Origin: the human T2T-CHM13v2.0 reference genome, Homo sapiens
Reading direction: 5' to 3' (one strand)
Length of the DNA stretch: 64,000 nt
Assembly: GCF_009914755.1 (NCBI RefSeq)
Contig: NC_060929.1
The notes under the pieces are model-generated. The model had not been told where the DNA came from, did not search any database, and saw only the letters and a list, made by a program, of their open reading frames with translations. The stretch's first letter is position 1; each line of letters opens with the position of its first letter. Positions 36,730 through 49,099 of the stretch are shown here, one piece after another. A program made the translations under genes and the position numbers.

Positions 36730-37500
36730 ACCCTTCCTAAGAGTAAACTCTATCCTGACTTCTAAGACCATAGAATAATTTTGCCTGGTTTTGTACTGTA
36801 CATAAGTGGAATTATACAAAATGTACTCTTTTGTGTCTGGCTTCTTCTACACGCCATCACGTTTATGAGATTCAGCTATATTTTTCATGCTTTTATAAAT
36901 AATTTATTCTCTTTGCTTAAGAGTATATCACAATTTATTCCTCATCTCAACTATTGAGGGTACTTGGGTAGTTTCTAGTGTTTGGCTATTACAAATAGTG
37001 TTGTTATGAACATTGTAGTACCTTCTGGGATGTATATCTAGGAGCAGAATTCATGAATCAGAGGGAACGTATATTCAGTTTTAGTACACTGTGCAAATGA
37101 ACTTTTTCATTTCAGCCATTCTGGTAGGTGCATAGCAGTATTTCACATGGTTTTATCTTGTGTTTCCCTGATGCCTAATAGAGTTGAGAGCCTTTTCATA
37201 TGCTCTTTTGTTATTTGGATAGCTTATTTTGTGAATTGTCTACACATCTTTTTGTTGGGTTGTCTGTAATTTTCTTATTGATTTATAAGAGTTTTTCTGA
37301 ACATGAGTCCTTTATTAGATGCATGCATTGCAAGTACCATTACCATTGTATAGGATGCCTTAATGATGTCTGTTGATGAAAAGGTGTTTTTAATTTTAGT
37401 ATTGTTTATCAACATTGTATAATTAATGTTTTTGTGTACTCTTGATAAAATCTTTGTCTGTTTCAAAATCATGAAAATAATCTCCTATATTTTAGCAAGT
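36730..37500 (-). mobile_element. Old L1M 3' fragment
   Basis: 'cctgacttctaagaccatag...gtactcttttgtgtctggcttctt...ttcagccattctggtaggtg'. Confidence 0.8.
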
Positions 37501-37644
37501 TTTTTTTTTTTAAAAGGATCCTATTCTTCTCTTCCTTCTCTTCTTTCTTTACTTTTCTTGCTTTCCATTGACTCCCCTTTTTTGGTTTCTCCCTTCCTTA
37601 CTTTGTTTTTCTTTTTGGTTCCATCCAAAGAAGCAGCATAAGAA

Positions 37645-38230
37645 AACCTTTCATCTTTTCATTATTAAAATCACATTACTCCTCTGTTTGAAATATGTCT
37701 ATGGACTTCCAAAGGTTTCTGAATAAAATTAAAATTTCTTGACTTGGGAAGCAAGGTCTCTAACGATCCCTCCCTGCCAACCTATCTCTGTAGGCTTCCC
37801 TATTTTCCGTTTTCCCTACAAACATACTGTTTATTCCAATCACATGGCAAAGCTGAACTTACTAAAGGTATCTGCTTTTATATGAATCCATGCCTCTGCA
37901 TGTGCTGTTCTGTAGGCCTGGAATTCCTTTCCTCCTTTTCCATTTAACTAATTCCCATTCATCTTTCAAAACTCAGCTCAGTCAACTTTTCTCTGGCAAT
38001 CTTTCAGCTCCACATATCTGAGTGAGCTGTGTTTTCATTGCTCCCAAGGCACTTTGGGTACATCTAGATTATGGCACTCCTCACACTCAACTGTAATTAT
38101 TCATTTAGCTGTTCTTCTCCCCAACTAGAGTTGCAAGATGCTTGAGAGCTAAGCATGTGTCTTATTTGACTTTATGTGTCCAATGTCTACCAGGCATATA
38201 GAAGGTGTTCAACACATTGAATAAGTACAT
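37645..38230 (+). mobile_element. L2 3' region
   Basis: 'catgtgctgttctgtaggcctggaattcc...cattcatctttcaaaactcagctc...ccaggcatatagaaggtgttcaacac'. Confidence 0.72.
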
Positions 38231-38744
38231 TAAGGAGCAATGCTTCCCCATTTTATGGATGAGGAAAAAGAGGCTCTGAAGTAATAAGCTCACCAAACTA
38301 TATGAAGAGATGTCACTTACTGAGGATACAATGCACTAGCATTTTCTGTTATTAGGACCCCTTAATTGTGAGTTCTGTGTAAAGCTTTCCCATAGCATAT
38401 TTGATTTGCTAGTAAGCTTTGCACTAGTCCTTTCTTTTATCTCTTCTTTCTGGAAGTTTATGGCTCTTTTTAAAGACAACTGACAAATGTTTAAATGCCT
38501 TGGAAACATCGTCATGTTGGTTCCCTTTCTGTACTCAATACTGGGAGAGTCTCCTAGCCATTCATCTATATTCAGGAAAGATAAATGAAATAACTTATGC
38601 CAGCATGTGATTTTCATTTTTGTTACATTTTCATATAATATTTTATGTATTTGATTATGAATATGCAATATATATATATATACAATTTAAAATCAAAAGA
38701 TACAGTAGGATATATAGTGAAAAGATTCTTGCTAAAAGTCTTCC

Positions 38745-39418
38745 TTTGACAATACCAAATGTTAGCAAAGATGTTGGGCAACTAACTGGAGCTCTCATAC
38801 ACAGATGAGGGGAGTGTAAATTGGTACAAACACTTGGAAAAACCGCTGGGAAATATCTACTAAAACTAAACATATCTTTACCTTATAATCTAGCAATTTC
38901 TCAGAAGTGACTACTTGTAGTTCCATCAAAAGACTTCTTCTGGGAAACCACTAGAGTACTCCTTGCGCTTTTATTCATGACATCCCCAAACTGAAAACAA
39001 CTCAATGTCCTTCAACAGTAGGTATGTACACAAACTGTGGTACATTCATACAATGTAGTACCACACGGTAATAGAAAAGAACTGCCATTTGCAATAACAG
39101 GGATGAATCTCATAGATGTAACATCCAGGGAAAGAAGCCAGACTTGCAAAATTACACACTGTGTGAATCCATTTATATAAAGTAAAGAACAGAAAAAAAA
39201 TCTATTGCAATCTAGGTTAAAAGGAAGGTTATCTTTGGGGTTTGGGTACTTGACTGAGTGAGAGTAGTGTGTAATCTTCTGGGGTTCTGGGAATGTTCTG
39301 CATTTTTATCAGAGTGGTGGTTACATGGGTGAATGTGTATGTAAAAATTCATTGAGCTGCTCACTTAAGACTTGAGTACTTTACCTCAATAATATACTAA
39401 ATAATAAGGAAAAAAAAC
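38745..39418 (+). mobile_element. L1M (MD/ME-type) 3' fragment
   Basis: 'gagtgtaaattggtacaaacacttggaaaa...aaactgtggtacattcatacaatg...gtaaaaattcattgagctgctcacttaaga' ending in an A-rich tail. Confidence 0.82.
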
Positions 39419-40222
39419 CTACACAAAACATTTTTTAAAGTTTCTCTCCTCTTCTTCTCCCCAGCCTCTAAGTTATTCTTCCTAGAGAAATCAATATTAT
39501 CCGGTTTTTTGGTGAATCCTTCAAGGATATTTTATGCTTATTCAGGCAAATACATACATTTATATGTGCCTGAATACAAACACGTGTGTGTAGTTTTTTC
39601 CATTTATTAATACATGGTAACTTTTCATATACATCATTTTGTACCTTTCCTTCCCACCCCCCCTCCCCCAGCCCTGCCAATCTTGGAGATTTTTGTCTTA
39701 GGTACATAAACATTGTGTATTATCACATAAATCACAGCCTGACTTATTATTTACCCTGACTAAAGGAGAATGTGATAAAAATAAATTGAATGATTATAGA
39801 AGTTATAAACCAGTGAAGTCTGCTTTTTGTTCATTTTCTCAGTGTTAATGGCAGTACCACCCTGGAACTAAAATCAGAGAAAGTTTAGACTTCAAATTGA
39901 TTGACAATTTAAAAAATAACCATTTCAGAAAGTTGTAATTTTTCAGTGCTAGTTAAATGATTTATACTGTCATTCTTCAAATTGAAGTATGGAGTGACAT
40001 CTTTCTTTAGTAACAGGAGATTAAAAATGATTTCCACACTTCCTAAGCCCAGAGACCAGAGGTTCAAGTTCACTCTGTAGGTCCAGATGAAAGTCATGAA
40101 CCCATCAAAGAAATTTCTTGAGCACGTGCTATGCTAGGCACTGCCTCATTGTGAAGAGCTTGTTTCAAGGTTTCCCTATTGGAACTGCTGGAGTTTTAGT
40201 GTGGGGAGGCTGTGTGGCCCTA

Positions 40223-40380
40223 CACAGTGGTCTCCCGACCTCTGAAAAATATGCAAATTTCCAGACCCCATCCACAGAGATTTTGATTTTGAGAGGGTCT
40301 GAGGTATGGTCTGGGAGTATGTATTTTTAAGGAGCACTTCCAGGTAATTATGATAGAAGTGATTTGATACAAGGACTGGC
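40223..40380. mobile_element. MER5-family MITE
   Basis: 'cagtggtctccc...aatatgcaaatttccagaccccatccacagagattttgatt...ggtctgaggtatgg'. Confidence 0.65.
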
Positions 40381-40474
40381 TTAGGAAGCAGGAATAACAT
40401 AAATAACAGAACCAGTATAGGTTCCAGTTGGATCTACCTCTATCTGCCCTACAATGTGATTTGGAGTTCATTTC

Positions 40475-40866
40475 TGTCTTCATCGTCTAGGACTGCCATA
40501 ACAAAGTACCATAGACTGGGTGGCTTAAACAACAGACATTTATTTCTCACAGTTCTGGAGAAGTCCCAGATCAAGGTGCCAGCCAGTTTGGTTTCTGGTG
40601 AGGCCTCTTTTCTTGGTTTGCAGATGGTCGCCTTCTCACTGTATCCTCACATGGCCTTCCTTCTGTACACATGTGGGGAAAGAGAGAGAGAGAGAGCACT
40701 CACTTCCTCTTCTTATAAGGTTACTATTCCTACTGGATTAGGGCCCCACCCTTACAGCCTTATTTGACCTTAATTACCTCCTAAAGATCCTATCTCCAAA
40801 TAAGTCACACTAGGGGTTAGGGAGTCAACATATGCAGTGCAGGGGAAGACAGTTCAGTTCATAGCA
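40475..40866 (-). mobile_element. MLT1A/MLT1A0-like solo LTR
   Basis: 'ctgccataacaaagtaccatagactgggtggcttaaacaacagacatttatttctcacagttctggag...ttcagttcatagca'. Confidence 0.9.
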
Positions 40867-42349
40867 GTTACTAAATCTCTCTGAAACCTTGTTTCCTCAC
40901 CTGTAAAATGAGGATAATAACACTTGGGTTAGTGGGAGAAGGATTGAATGATTATACTGGCATATGAAAGGTATCTGATGTTTTTTTTCTCTTTTAAACT
41001 TCTTTTGGAGAGAAATAATGAAAGTGAGGGACGTCATGACCCCGTGGCAATGTGTTGGTCCTATTGATAGCAACCTAAAGCCAGAAGGTCTACAGAATTA
41101 AAATGACTTGTCCAAGTTTGCCTAGTAAGTGAGAAACTTAATAGGTTTACCTATTAAGTAAGAAACTGGACTGAACACTAGGCCTCAGGGCTGTGAGGCC
41201 TGTGTTATTCTACACTGTATGACTTATTTTGCTTGGAGTTGACAAGAGTGGGTGTACTGCTCAACAGGCTTAGATTTGTCTTGGGTATTTAAGAGCAATG
41301 CCGCCCCCAGACACATGCGGGCATTATGGGCTGAGTGGAACACTATGTGCCCTGTGTAAAGCTATCCTTTCTTTGGATTAGTGAGCTGGGGCGGCCTCCT
41401 TTGCTATGCACTAGTCTGGCCTCACAATATCTAGTTTCAGAAGAGCATGATTGGCCAGCACGCAGGTCAGGGAGAAAAGGTTCTGTGGGGGTCACCAATG
41501 TCCTTGGGGAGAGGGGATCGTGCCTCTCGCTGGGCAGGAGGCTCTGCACCAACTGCATTGTAAAGTGCACCAGCTCAAGCAGCTGAAATAATTTGCCCTC
41601 TCAGGGATTTGAGTTTTGAGGGGCAGTATCTTCGATTGAATGACTGTCTCCAGCTGAACTCTGAGAGGCTCCAGTTACCCCAATCATTCCAGCCTGCATA
41701 AACATTCTCTATCTAGCCGTGGGTGGCTGGGTTCATAATGCCAGGCTGGCTGGTGAGAGGGTGGAGAATGTGCTGTTTCCCAATTGATAGGATTTCAGGG
41801 GCAATGGCTGGGGCCCATCTTCCTTAAAGATCTCTCCAGTGGAGTAGCTCTATACCTGAACTCCCATTAGCAATGAATTCCTTTGTGTGCTGAAGGCTTT
41901 GGAGTCATTATAGTTCCTCTTTTAAGACTTCAGAACCCATACTTGGGATGAAAGAAAGCCCCTCTGTGAGTCTTGGTTATTAGGAAGATGACAAGGAGGC
42001 CCATGGAGAGTGACACAGAATAGCTAAGAAATGTTATAGCTGAAAGGCAACCCACAAGGAGCTCATTGGACCCCTTGATTTACAGTCAAGGATATCAAAG
42101 GAACAAAGCTTGTCCGAGGTCACACAGCTGGTTATGGCAGAACCAAATCAGATGCCAGACTATTGGCTTCTACTTCTTTCCTATTTGTTTAGTATAAGCA
42201 ATGATGAAGAAAGCAGATCGGCTACAGAAGGGCAAGCCCTGGAGCACAGGGAATGGGAAGGAGACCAAAGACAAACTCTGCCTCCCAGCTGTGCCTAAGA
42301 CAGGCCCTGGTGTCAGCACTTGTGCAGGAAATCCCCTCTTATAAACAGA

Positions 42350-42590
42350 GGCATATTCCAAAAGTTCTTTCATATGTTTATTTCTTGAATCATGGAACTT
42401 GTTTTTTCATAGAAATAATATTTTAAATATTTTAAATGGTGAGTTAAGTTTCCCAAGATCCATCCACAAAAAACCTATGTAACTGATGGAAGACACAGAA
42501 AGTAGTATCCATGGGTGTATTTCAGTGAATCTTACCCAATGCTCATCACATTTATTATTTCTATGGAGTATAATATACAGTGAGTTTTAA
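42350..42590. mobile_element. Possible old Tigger-family remnant
   Basis: 'ttttcatagaaataatattttaaa...tggtgagttaagtttcccaag' resembles old Tigger MITEs. Recalled from memory only. Confidence 0.35.
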
Positions 42591-43041
42591 GTCAGGTTGG
42601 AAGAAAGGCTTCTCCTGCACAGGGCAGGGCAGCTCTCCTAGTTCGGAGTCCGGAGGATGGGAGAGGGTAGGGATTGGAAGGCTGGGTGGGAGGGCAGGCA
42701 CCCTCTCTGAACCTCAGCTCTAAAATGAGAACAGGGGGAATAATTCTGCCCTGCCCACTTCATAGAGTTGTGAGGACTGAGTGAGGTACTAGGTGGCAAA
42801 ATGCTTTGAAAAGAAATAAAAGTAAGAAAAGCCCTTTAAACATTAATCACTCCCTAGATGTTTTGATGGGGTGGCTATGACAGACACGTGGATGGTAGCA
42901 GTGCTATGATATTGTGTCCAGGCCTTAGTTAGTACTAGTAGTGATAACAATAGGAGTGACAATAAACTAATATTTATAGAGAGCTTTCTAGGTGTCAGGC
43001 ATGGTCCTCAATGCTTTATAATACTAATTTATCATACCCAT

Positions 43042-43459
43042 TGTGATGATTATTGTGTCAGGTTGGCTAGACCACAGTTCTCAGATAATCGGTAAAACAC
43101 TAGTCTAGATGTTCTGTGAACGTATTTTTTAGATGAGATTAGCATTAAAATCAGTAGACTTTGAGTAAAGCAGATTACCCTCCATAGTATGCATAGGCCT
43201 CATTCAATCAGTTGACAGTCTTAAGAGAAAAAACTGAAGTCACTCGAGGAGGAAGGAAGTCAGCCTTTAGAGCCAAGCTGCAACATCAACTCTTCCCTGA
43301 GTCTCCAGTTTTCTGGTCTGCACTGCAGATTTCAAACTTGCCAACCTCAATAATTATGTGAACCAATTCCTTAAGAGCTCTCTCTATACACACACACACA
43401 CACACACACACACAGATATTATTGGTTCTGTTTCTTGGGAGAACTCTGAAAAGTATACA
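43042..43459 (+). mobile_element. MLT2 (C/D-like) ERVL solo LTR with internal (CA)n, inside a MIR
   Basis: 'atcagtagactttgagtaaagcagattaccctcc...cctcattcaatcagttga...attggttctgtttc'. Confidence 0.88.
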
Positions 43460-43519
43460 GGGGAAGAAGCTAAAATACAGGTTGGGTAAGTAATTTTTTC
43501 AAGTAAGCAGCTATGGCAG

Positions 43520-43905
43520 AAAGAGACTGGTTAGTTTTTCACCAAATGGTTTGCCTTTACCCCTGTGTGCTTTGGGCATACAGCTAGACTACATTTCCCA
43601 GCCTCCCTTGCAGATAGGTGTGACTGTGTAACTGAGGGCTGGTCCCTAGGATAGTGGGTAAAAGTGATACACATACCTCCAAATCATGCTTACTCTCCCC
43701 CGTCCTGCTGACTCCAGGTCTTTGGGGGTTGACAGGGCCATGAGATGGGAGGAGCTTGAGTTCCTGAATGACCTCGTGGAGCAGAGCCTGTCAGCCTCAA
43801 ACACACTGTACAATGACCTGAGTGAGCAGAAAACCTGTATTATGTTTAGTCTCTGAGATTTGGAGGTTTGTGCTTTTAATTATAACACTTTCCCTGACAA
43901 ATACA
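43520..43905 (+). mobile_element. MLT1 (I/J-like) LTR
   Basis: 'ctagactacatttcccagcctcccttgcagataggtgtgactgtgtaactgag...ccctgacaaataca'. Confidence 0.75.
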
Positions 43906-45279
43906 GTGATGCAGCTAGATTCAAATCCAGGCCACCAGCCTCCAAAGTTTGAATGCTTCATCTCTATACTGCTCAAATGTCCTTTGCATGCACTAATTAA
44001 GAGGAAATGTCTCCTTCACCTTTCCCTGCCTGCTCCTGAAAACCAAGGATACAAAGCACCCCATCTTAGAGCAGCATCGTAAACATCATATTTTAGGATG
44101 CCTGAAACTATGCTGAGGAGCATGAGCCTTGGGTATGCAGGGGAGTGGGAGAGGAGTGGGTGGAAGAGGATGAAGATGGGTCCAAGTAGGTACTCAGTGT
44201 TTCCCCATTTCCCTGGATGTGGCCTTTGTCTTCCCCAAGCAGAGGAGTCCTGGCTCTTTACTAAATAGCAAGTGTGGTCTGTTTATGCTGGAGCAGACTG
44301 TGGAAATACACAGCCCGTTCTGCCCAGTGCCAACCATTCCTCACTCAGCAGTGCTTTCCCCAAGCTAAGTTCAACAAAGGAGGAAAGTGTGGCTGCAGCT
44401 CTGGAGAAGGCTGGCGCAAAGGCAGCTTTCCACATAAAGGCTGCTATCTGTAAACAAAATCAAGGTTCAGGGGAGAGGGGGCTGCTTCATTTTTCTTTTT
44501 CTGTGCATTTTGGACTGCTCAGCCGCCTTAACCTATGCCCAACACTCTGTCCAGTCCAGGGCAGAGATATGCCTGGATTTGTCTATGGTCAGAAAAGCCT
44601 AGTTGGAAGGTGACAGATGGGCTGTTGTGACCAGATTCAAAGGAGATGACCAAGTCTCTCTACCCTGCAGAACAAAGGAATTCCTGGGAGGAAGCTTTGG
44701 ATGAGAAAGGGATATGTTGATATGTATATGTGTCTATCACGGCCAACGCAGAAACTCTGTCCATGTTAGCTTTTGTATTGAAAGGTGACCTTGTATGCAA
44801 AGTTAGATACAAAATTCGAAACTTGAGGCATGTGTAGTCTAGCTGAGTGTGCAGGAAGAATTTGTTTGGTTTAGGAAAACATGAAATTAAATACAGTATT
44901 ACGACTATATGAAGTCAAAAGACTTTTTTGACAGATTTTTTTTTGGCTTTTAAACTGGTGTTTGTTTAACTTTAGCTTCTGTCTAGTCTATTAGTTTGAA
45001 ATAAAAAAATTAAGATGCATTTTTATTTACATTGACTGGTTAATTTTTATCATATAGAACACTGACTACCTTCGTTTAAATAAAACAATGGTTGATTTCT
45101 CATGGAGTAGTTGAACTGAAGTATTTCGAGCCAGCATGTTAGAATTTTTGGGATGGGGATATGTGACTTGACAAAGCTTCCCAGGTGCTTCTGATCTTTC
45201 CTGCTTTACCACAGCACCCCCTCAGCCACATCCACAAGAATCCCTGTTTTGTGATGAATTGATAGACATTTATTAGAGC

Positions 45280-45560
45280 TTGAGGCAATCAGGTTTCTTG
45301 ATTGCAAGCAACAGAATCATGCTCTGGCTAACATTAGGTAAATGGAGTTTTATTTATTTATATCAGGAGTCACCAGGTTTGATGAGAGGCTGGGGGGCCA
45401 AGCTTAGGAATGAGAGGAACCAAGGACATACCATAGGCCCAGGAAGCAGGAAGTGGGAAACGCAGCAACTGTCTCTGTCTCCTAGCAGGAACAGAATGGC
45501 TAAGGTGTCCCCACCACTCTGCAGTGAAGATGACCTCCAGGTGTTCCCTGCCTGTGACAG
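45280..45560 (-). mobile_element. Old MLT1 LTR fragment
   Basis: 'tcaggtttcttgattgcaagcaacagaatcatgctctggctaac'. Confidence 0.55.
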
Positions 45561-45569
45561 ACAGAATAC

Positions 45570-46128
45570 TGTAGAAGGCCCAAGATTCGAGTCCCCTGGT
45601 TATTCAGTAAAACATCGATCTGATCTAGGTACTGATGTGAAAGGATTTTGCAGATGTAATTAAAGACCAAAGTCAGTTGACCTTAAGATACAGAGATGAT
45701 CCGATGGGCCGGATCTAATCGCATGAGCCCTTTAAATGCAGAAGAGGAAGGCAGAGGGGAAGGAAGAGAGGTGGAGCATCTGAAGGATGCTAGATGCTCC
45801 TGCTGGCTTTGAAGATGGAGAGGCCGTGTGCGCAGACCAGGGAATGGTTGTAAGGAGCTGAGAGTAACCCTGGACAACAGCCAACAAAAAGAGGGGGACT
45901 TCAGTCCTTAATCTGCAAGAAACTGAATTCTGCCAATAATGGGAATGAGCTTGGAAGAGGGGCCTGAGCTCAGATAAGAATGTTGCCGGCTAACATCAGG
46001 TGAGACTCTGAGCAAAGAATCCAGCTGCCACATCCCAGAATCTCACCCACACAACTAGGAGCAAACAAATGTGTGTGGTTTTAAGATACTAAGTGTGTGG
46101 TAAATTGTTATGCAGCAATGGGTAACAC
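45570..46128 (+). mobile_element. MLT1E-family solo LTR
   Basis: 'ctaggtactgatgtgaaaggattttgcagatgtaattaa...gctggctttgaagatggag...ggtaaattgttatgcagcaat'. Confidence 0.85.
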
Positions 46129-46589
46129 TGTGTCACTTGGGAGATAGAAAGTCTGGGAGACAGTGTCCCATTGAGCGAGTGCAGGCCACATATTGTCCCC
46201 TGATCTTACCTGTGGGCAGGTGCTGTGAGGATCGGTCTTTCTCTTCTTTTGTATCTGGAAAGTAGCTCTAAGAATTACCTCCTGCCACAGATATACATCA
46301 GCAGAGCTGATTTCCCAACATTAGTTTGGGATTTGATTACAAAAAGGGATGGGTGCAAGGTAGCCCTGGTAAGTGTCTGCTGGAAAGATTTCCTCAGTAA
46401 ATGTTCTGGTGTGTCACCTGCCCTCCCTGCCTGTGGCTGGCTCCTTGGCAAGGTGCTAACCACATTTAAGTTTCTAGCACATCCCTTCTGATTTGCAGAC
46501 CTCCCTATGTAAAAATGTGGATAATGTACTGTGTCGTAAGTTCCAGTGCTTCAAGATAGGCTTAGGCATTTTTAAGAGGGAGAGTGACA

Positions 46590-46750
46590 CAATGAAAGGT
46601 TCTAAGTTTGGGAGTCTGGATGTGCAGATTTTAATCCCGGGTTTTCTGCTGTGTGACTTTGGGCAGTCACTGCATCTCTGTGGCTTTAAGTTGCCCTCTC
46701 TGAAAACTGAAGGGCCCAAGATTTGTGAAATCTAAGGCCTCTTCCAGCCA
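46590..46750 (+). mobile_element. MIR
   Basis: 'gctgtgtgactttgggcagtcactgcatctctgtggctttaagttgccctctctgaaaa'. Confidence 0.65.
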
Positions 46751-46779
46751 AAAGAACCCTGACTATCCATCCAAAAATC

Positions 46780-47030
46780 ACTCATTCATTGAATAATTGA
46801 CAGTCGAGGCCTGTGTGGTTCTGAGGATGTAGCAGTGAGCAAGGCTGACAAGGCCCCAAACTCATGCACCTGCCATTGTAGTGAGCATGACGTGACAAGG
46901 AAATAAGTTTTGAAAGGTGCTACAAGGAAAATAAAAGTCCAGAGTCAGCATTATGTAGAGGTTAGGGGAAATCTCTCTACAGAGGTAACATGTGAGTGGG
47001 ACTGACGACTCAAGACTGGGTCTCCTATGA
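46780..47030 (-). mobile_element. L2 3' end
   Basis: 'cactcattcattgaataattga...ctgaggatgtagcagtgagcaag'. Confidence 0.6.
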
Positions 47031-47074
47031 GATGATGATCGCCAAGATGTTGAGCCACTGTGGTCAGGTGTAGT

Positions 47075-47710
47075 CTAGGCGTGGCCTGGCCCTCTGCCTG
47101 CCTGTTTTTATATGGCCCTTGAGCTGAGAATTGGTTTTACGTTTGTAAATAGTGTATTCCTCTCCCAGGGCTGCCATAAAGCACCACAAACTTTATGGCT
47201 TAAACAACAGATTTATGGCCTCGCAGTTCTGGAGGCTAAAAATCCAAAATCTGGGTGTGAGCAGGGTTGGTTCCTCTGAGGGGTAGGAGGGAGAAAGGTT
47301 TTCAGGCCTCTCTCCCGGCTTCCGGTGACCTCAGGCATTCCTGAGCTTGTTGATGATGTCATCCCTGTCTTCACATTGTCTTCCCTCTATGTGTTTCTCT
47401 CTGTTTCCAATCACCCCTTTTATAAGGACATCGATCATACTGGATTAGGGCCCACTCTAATGACCTCCTTTGAATTTGATTACCTCTGCAGACTCTATTC
47501 CCAAACAAGGCCACATTCTGAGGTACTGGGGATTATTATTAGTATATTAACATTTCTTCTCTGGGGAGGGATGCCACTGAACCCACAACAAATGGCTACA
47601 TTTTAAACAGTTATGTAAGTACTCAAGCAATATCCTCGGTTTTGCCTTTGGACCCACAATGCCTCAAATATTTGCTCTCTAATGCTTTAATAAAATGTTG
47701 GTCAACCCTG
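47075..47710. mobile_element. MER58-family hAT MITE split by an MLT1 LTR
   Basis: 'ctgcctgtttttatatggcccttgagctgagaattggttttac' on the left and 'ggacccacaatgcctcaaatatttgctctct...gttggtcaaccctg' on the right. Confidence 0.75.
47153..47590 (-). mobile_element. MLT1B/C-like solo LTR
   Basis: TG...CA termini, 'cagttctggaggctaaaaatccaaaatc', and a 5-bp TSD aatag (47148-47152) / aatgg (47591-47595). Confidence 0.88.
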
Positions 47711-47717
47711 ATCTACA

Positions 47718-47962
47718 TCAGTGGCTCTGAAACTTTAGGGCTCCTCTGTCACTTAGAGAGCCTTACTTCCAGGATTGGAAGAATTTGCGTCATGCTAAAG
47801 CTGCTGATCTAGATAGTGGTTCCCAAATTCCGGTCCTTGGGTGTAGCACATCCCCAAGGGAGCTTGTTAATGGTACAGATGTCTGGTGCCCTGGACTTGC
47901 TCAGAATCTCCAGGGATGAGGCCACTATTTCCGACATGCAGCCAGATGTAGGAAATATTGGT
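47718..47962. mobile_element. Two adjacent degraded MER5-family MITEs
   Basis: 'cagtggctctgaaacttt' and 'tagtggttcccaaa...ggagcttgttaa...tcagaatctccaggg', with tctag-type target sites. Confidence 0.55.
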
Positions 47963-48374
47963 CTAGTTTAATTATTTCGGTCAGGAAGAGCAAATGATTA
48001 GATTACTCCTTTGTGATTGGATTGATTTCTTGGGCCTCACCTGTCTGTGGGCGAGATCAAGGTAATTGGGGAACCCTGTTTTTCTTGTCAAGACTTGCAT
48101 TGGAGGAAAACACCCTCAAAAAATGTATGGTCTGAATTCATCCAAGGCCAGAGATCTTTGTTTAGGCTGTTCCATAATATTATGATCATTAGGTGGCTTG
48201 TCAGCAGTTCATGGGAAAAAATATTGACTACAAACTCAATGGGAGCCAACAACGAGAGACATCTGCTGAGAGACCTCAGGCCCTGTGGGCTGCCTGGAGA
48301 GCCGTTTAATATCCAGACCCCAGAAGGTCACAGTCCCTGGTAGTCTGGGCCCCACGTTCTGTGACTGCTGGCCA

Positions 48375-48480
48375 ATTAAGCAGACTTTAAGAGAGACATT
48401 GAGAAACTGGAATATTTCCAGGGTAGAGGGATGAGGACCTGGAAATGATGTTCAAGGAAGAAGGATCAAGGGAGAGCTTA
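48375..48480 (+). mobile_element. Possible CR1/L3 remnant
   Basis: 'ctttaagagagacattgagaaactggaatatttccagggtagaggg' resembles the L3 3' region. Confidence 0.45.
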
Positions 48481-48614
48481 TAAAATGGTGGGTTTCAGGC
48501 CCTACCCAACCACATGTGTTATGTTCAACAGTCCTAATGGTCAAAACCATGCTGAATTTGAGTGCCGTTGGGCAAAGCCTTTACTCTCTCCAGTTCCACA
48601 CCTTTCTACTTCTT

Positions 48615-48910
48615 ATCTATTGCTTCTCAATATCCATAAGGGATTAGTTCCAGGACCCCTGAGGACACCAAAATCCGAGGACGCTCAACTCCCTTATATA
48701 AACTGTGTAGCATTTGTATAAAACCTACGCACATCCTCCTTTATGCTTTACAACATCTCTAGGTTACATATACAATGTAAATGCTATTAGTTATTACACT
48801 GTGTTCTTTTAATTTGCATTTTTTAAACTGTTGCATTGTTACTTTTCATTTTTATTTTTCGAATATTTTCGATCCATTTGCAGAACCTGCGGATACAGAG
48901 GGCTGACTGT
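48615..48910. mobile_element. MER2 (TcMar-Tigger MITE)
   Basis: 'gggattagttccaggacccc...accaaaatccgaggacgctcaactcccttatataaa...gcggatacagagggctgactgt'. Confidence 0.88.
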
Positions 48911-49099
48911 CTTTGTACCAGCCCAGTTCAAAGAGATTTGTTATCTGCTTGTTCTCTGGGACTTTACAGTCTGAAACTCTCAGAAGGAATAAAGATATAT
49001 AATCAGGTCACACAAGGCTAAGAAGAGAATACTGGTTATTTTTAAATATCTAAAAGCATGCACTCCTGTATTAATTGGTTACATTTTTAACCGCTAGGG

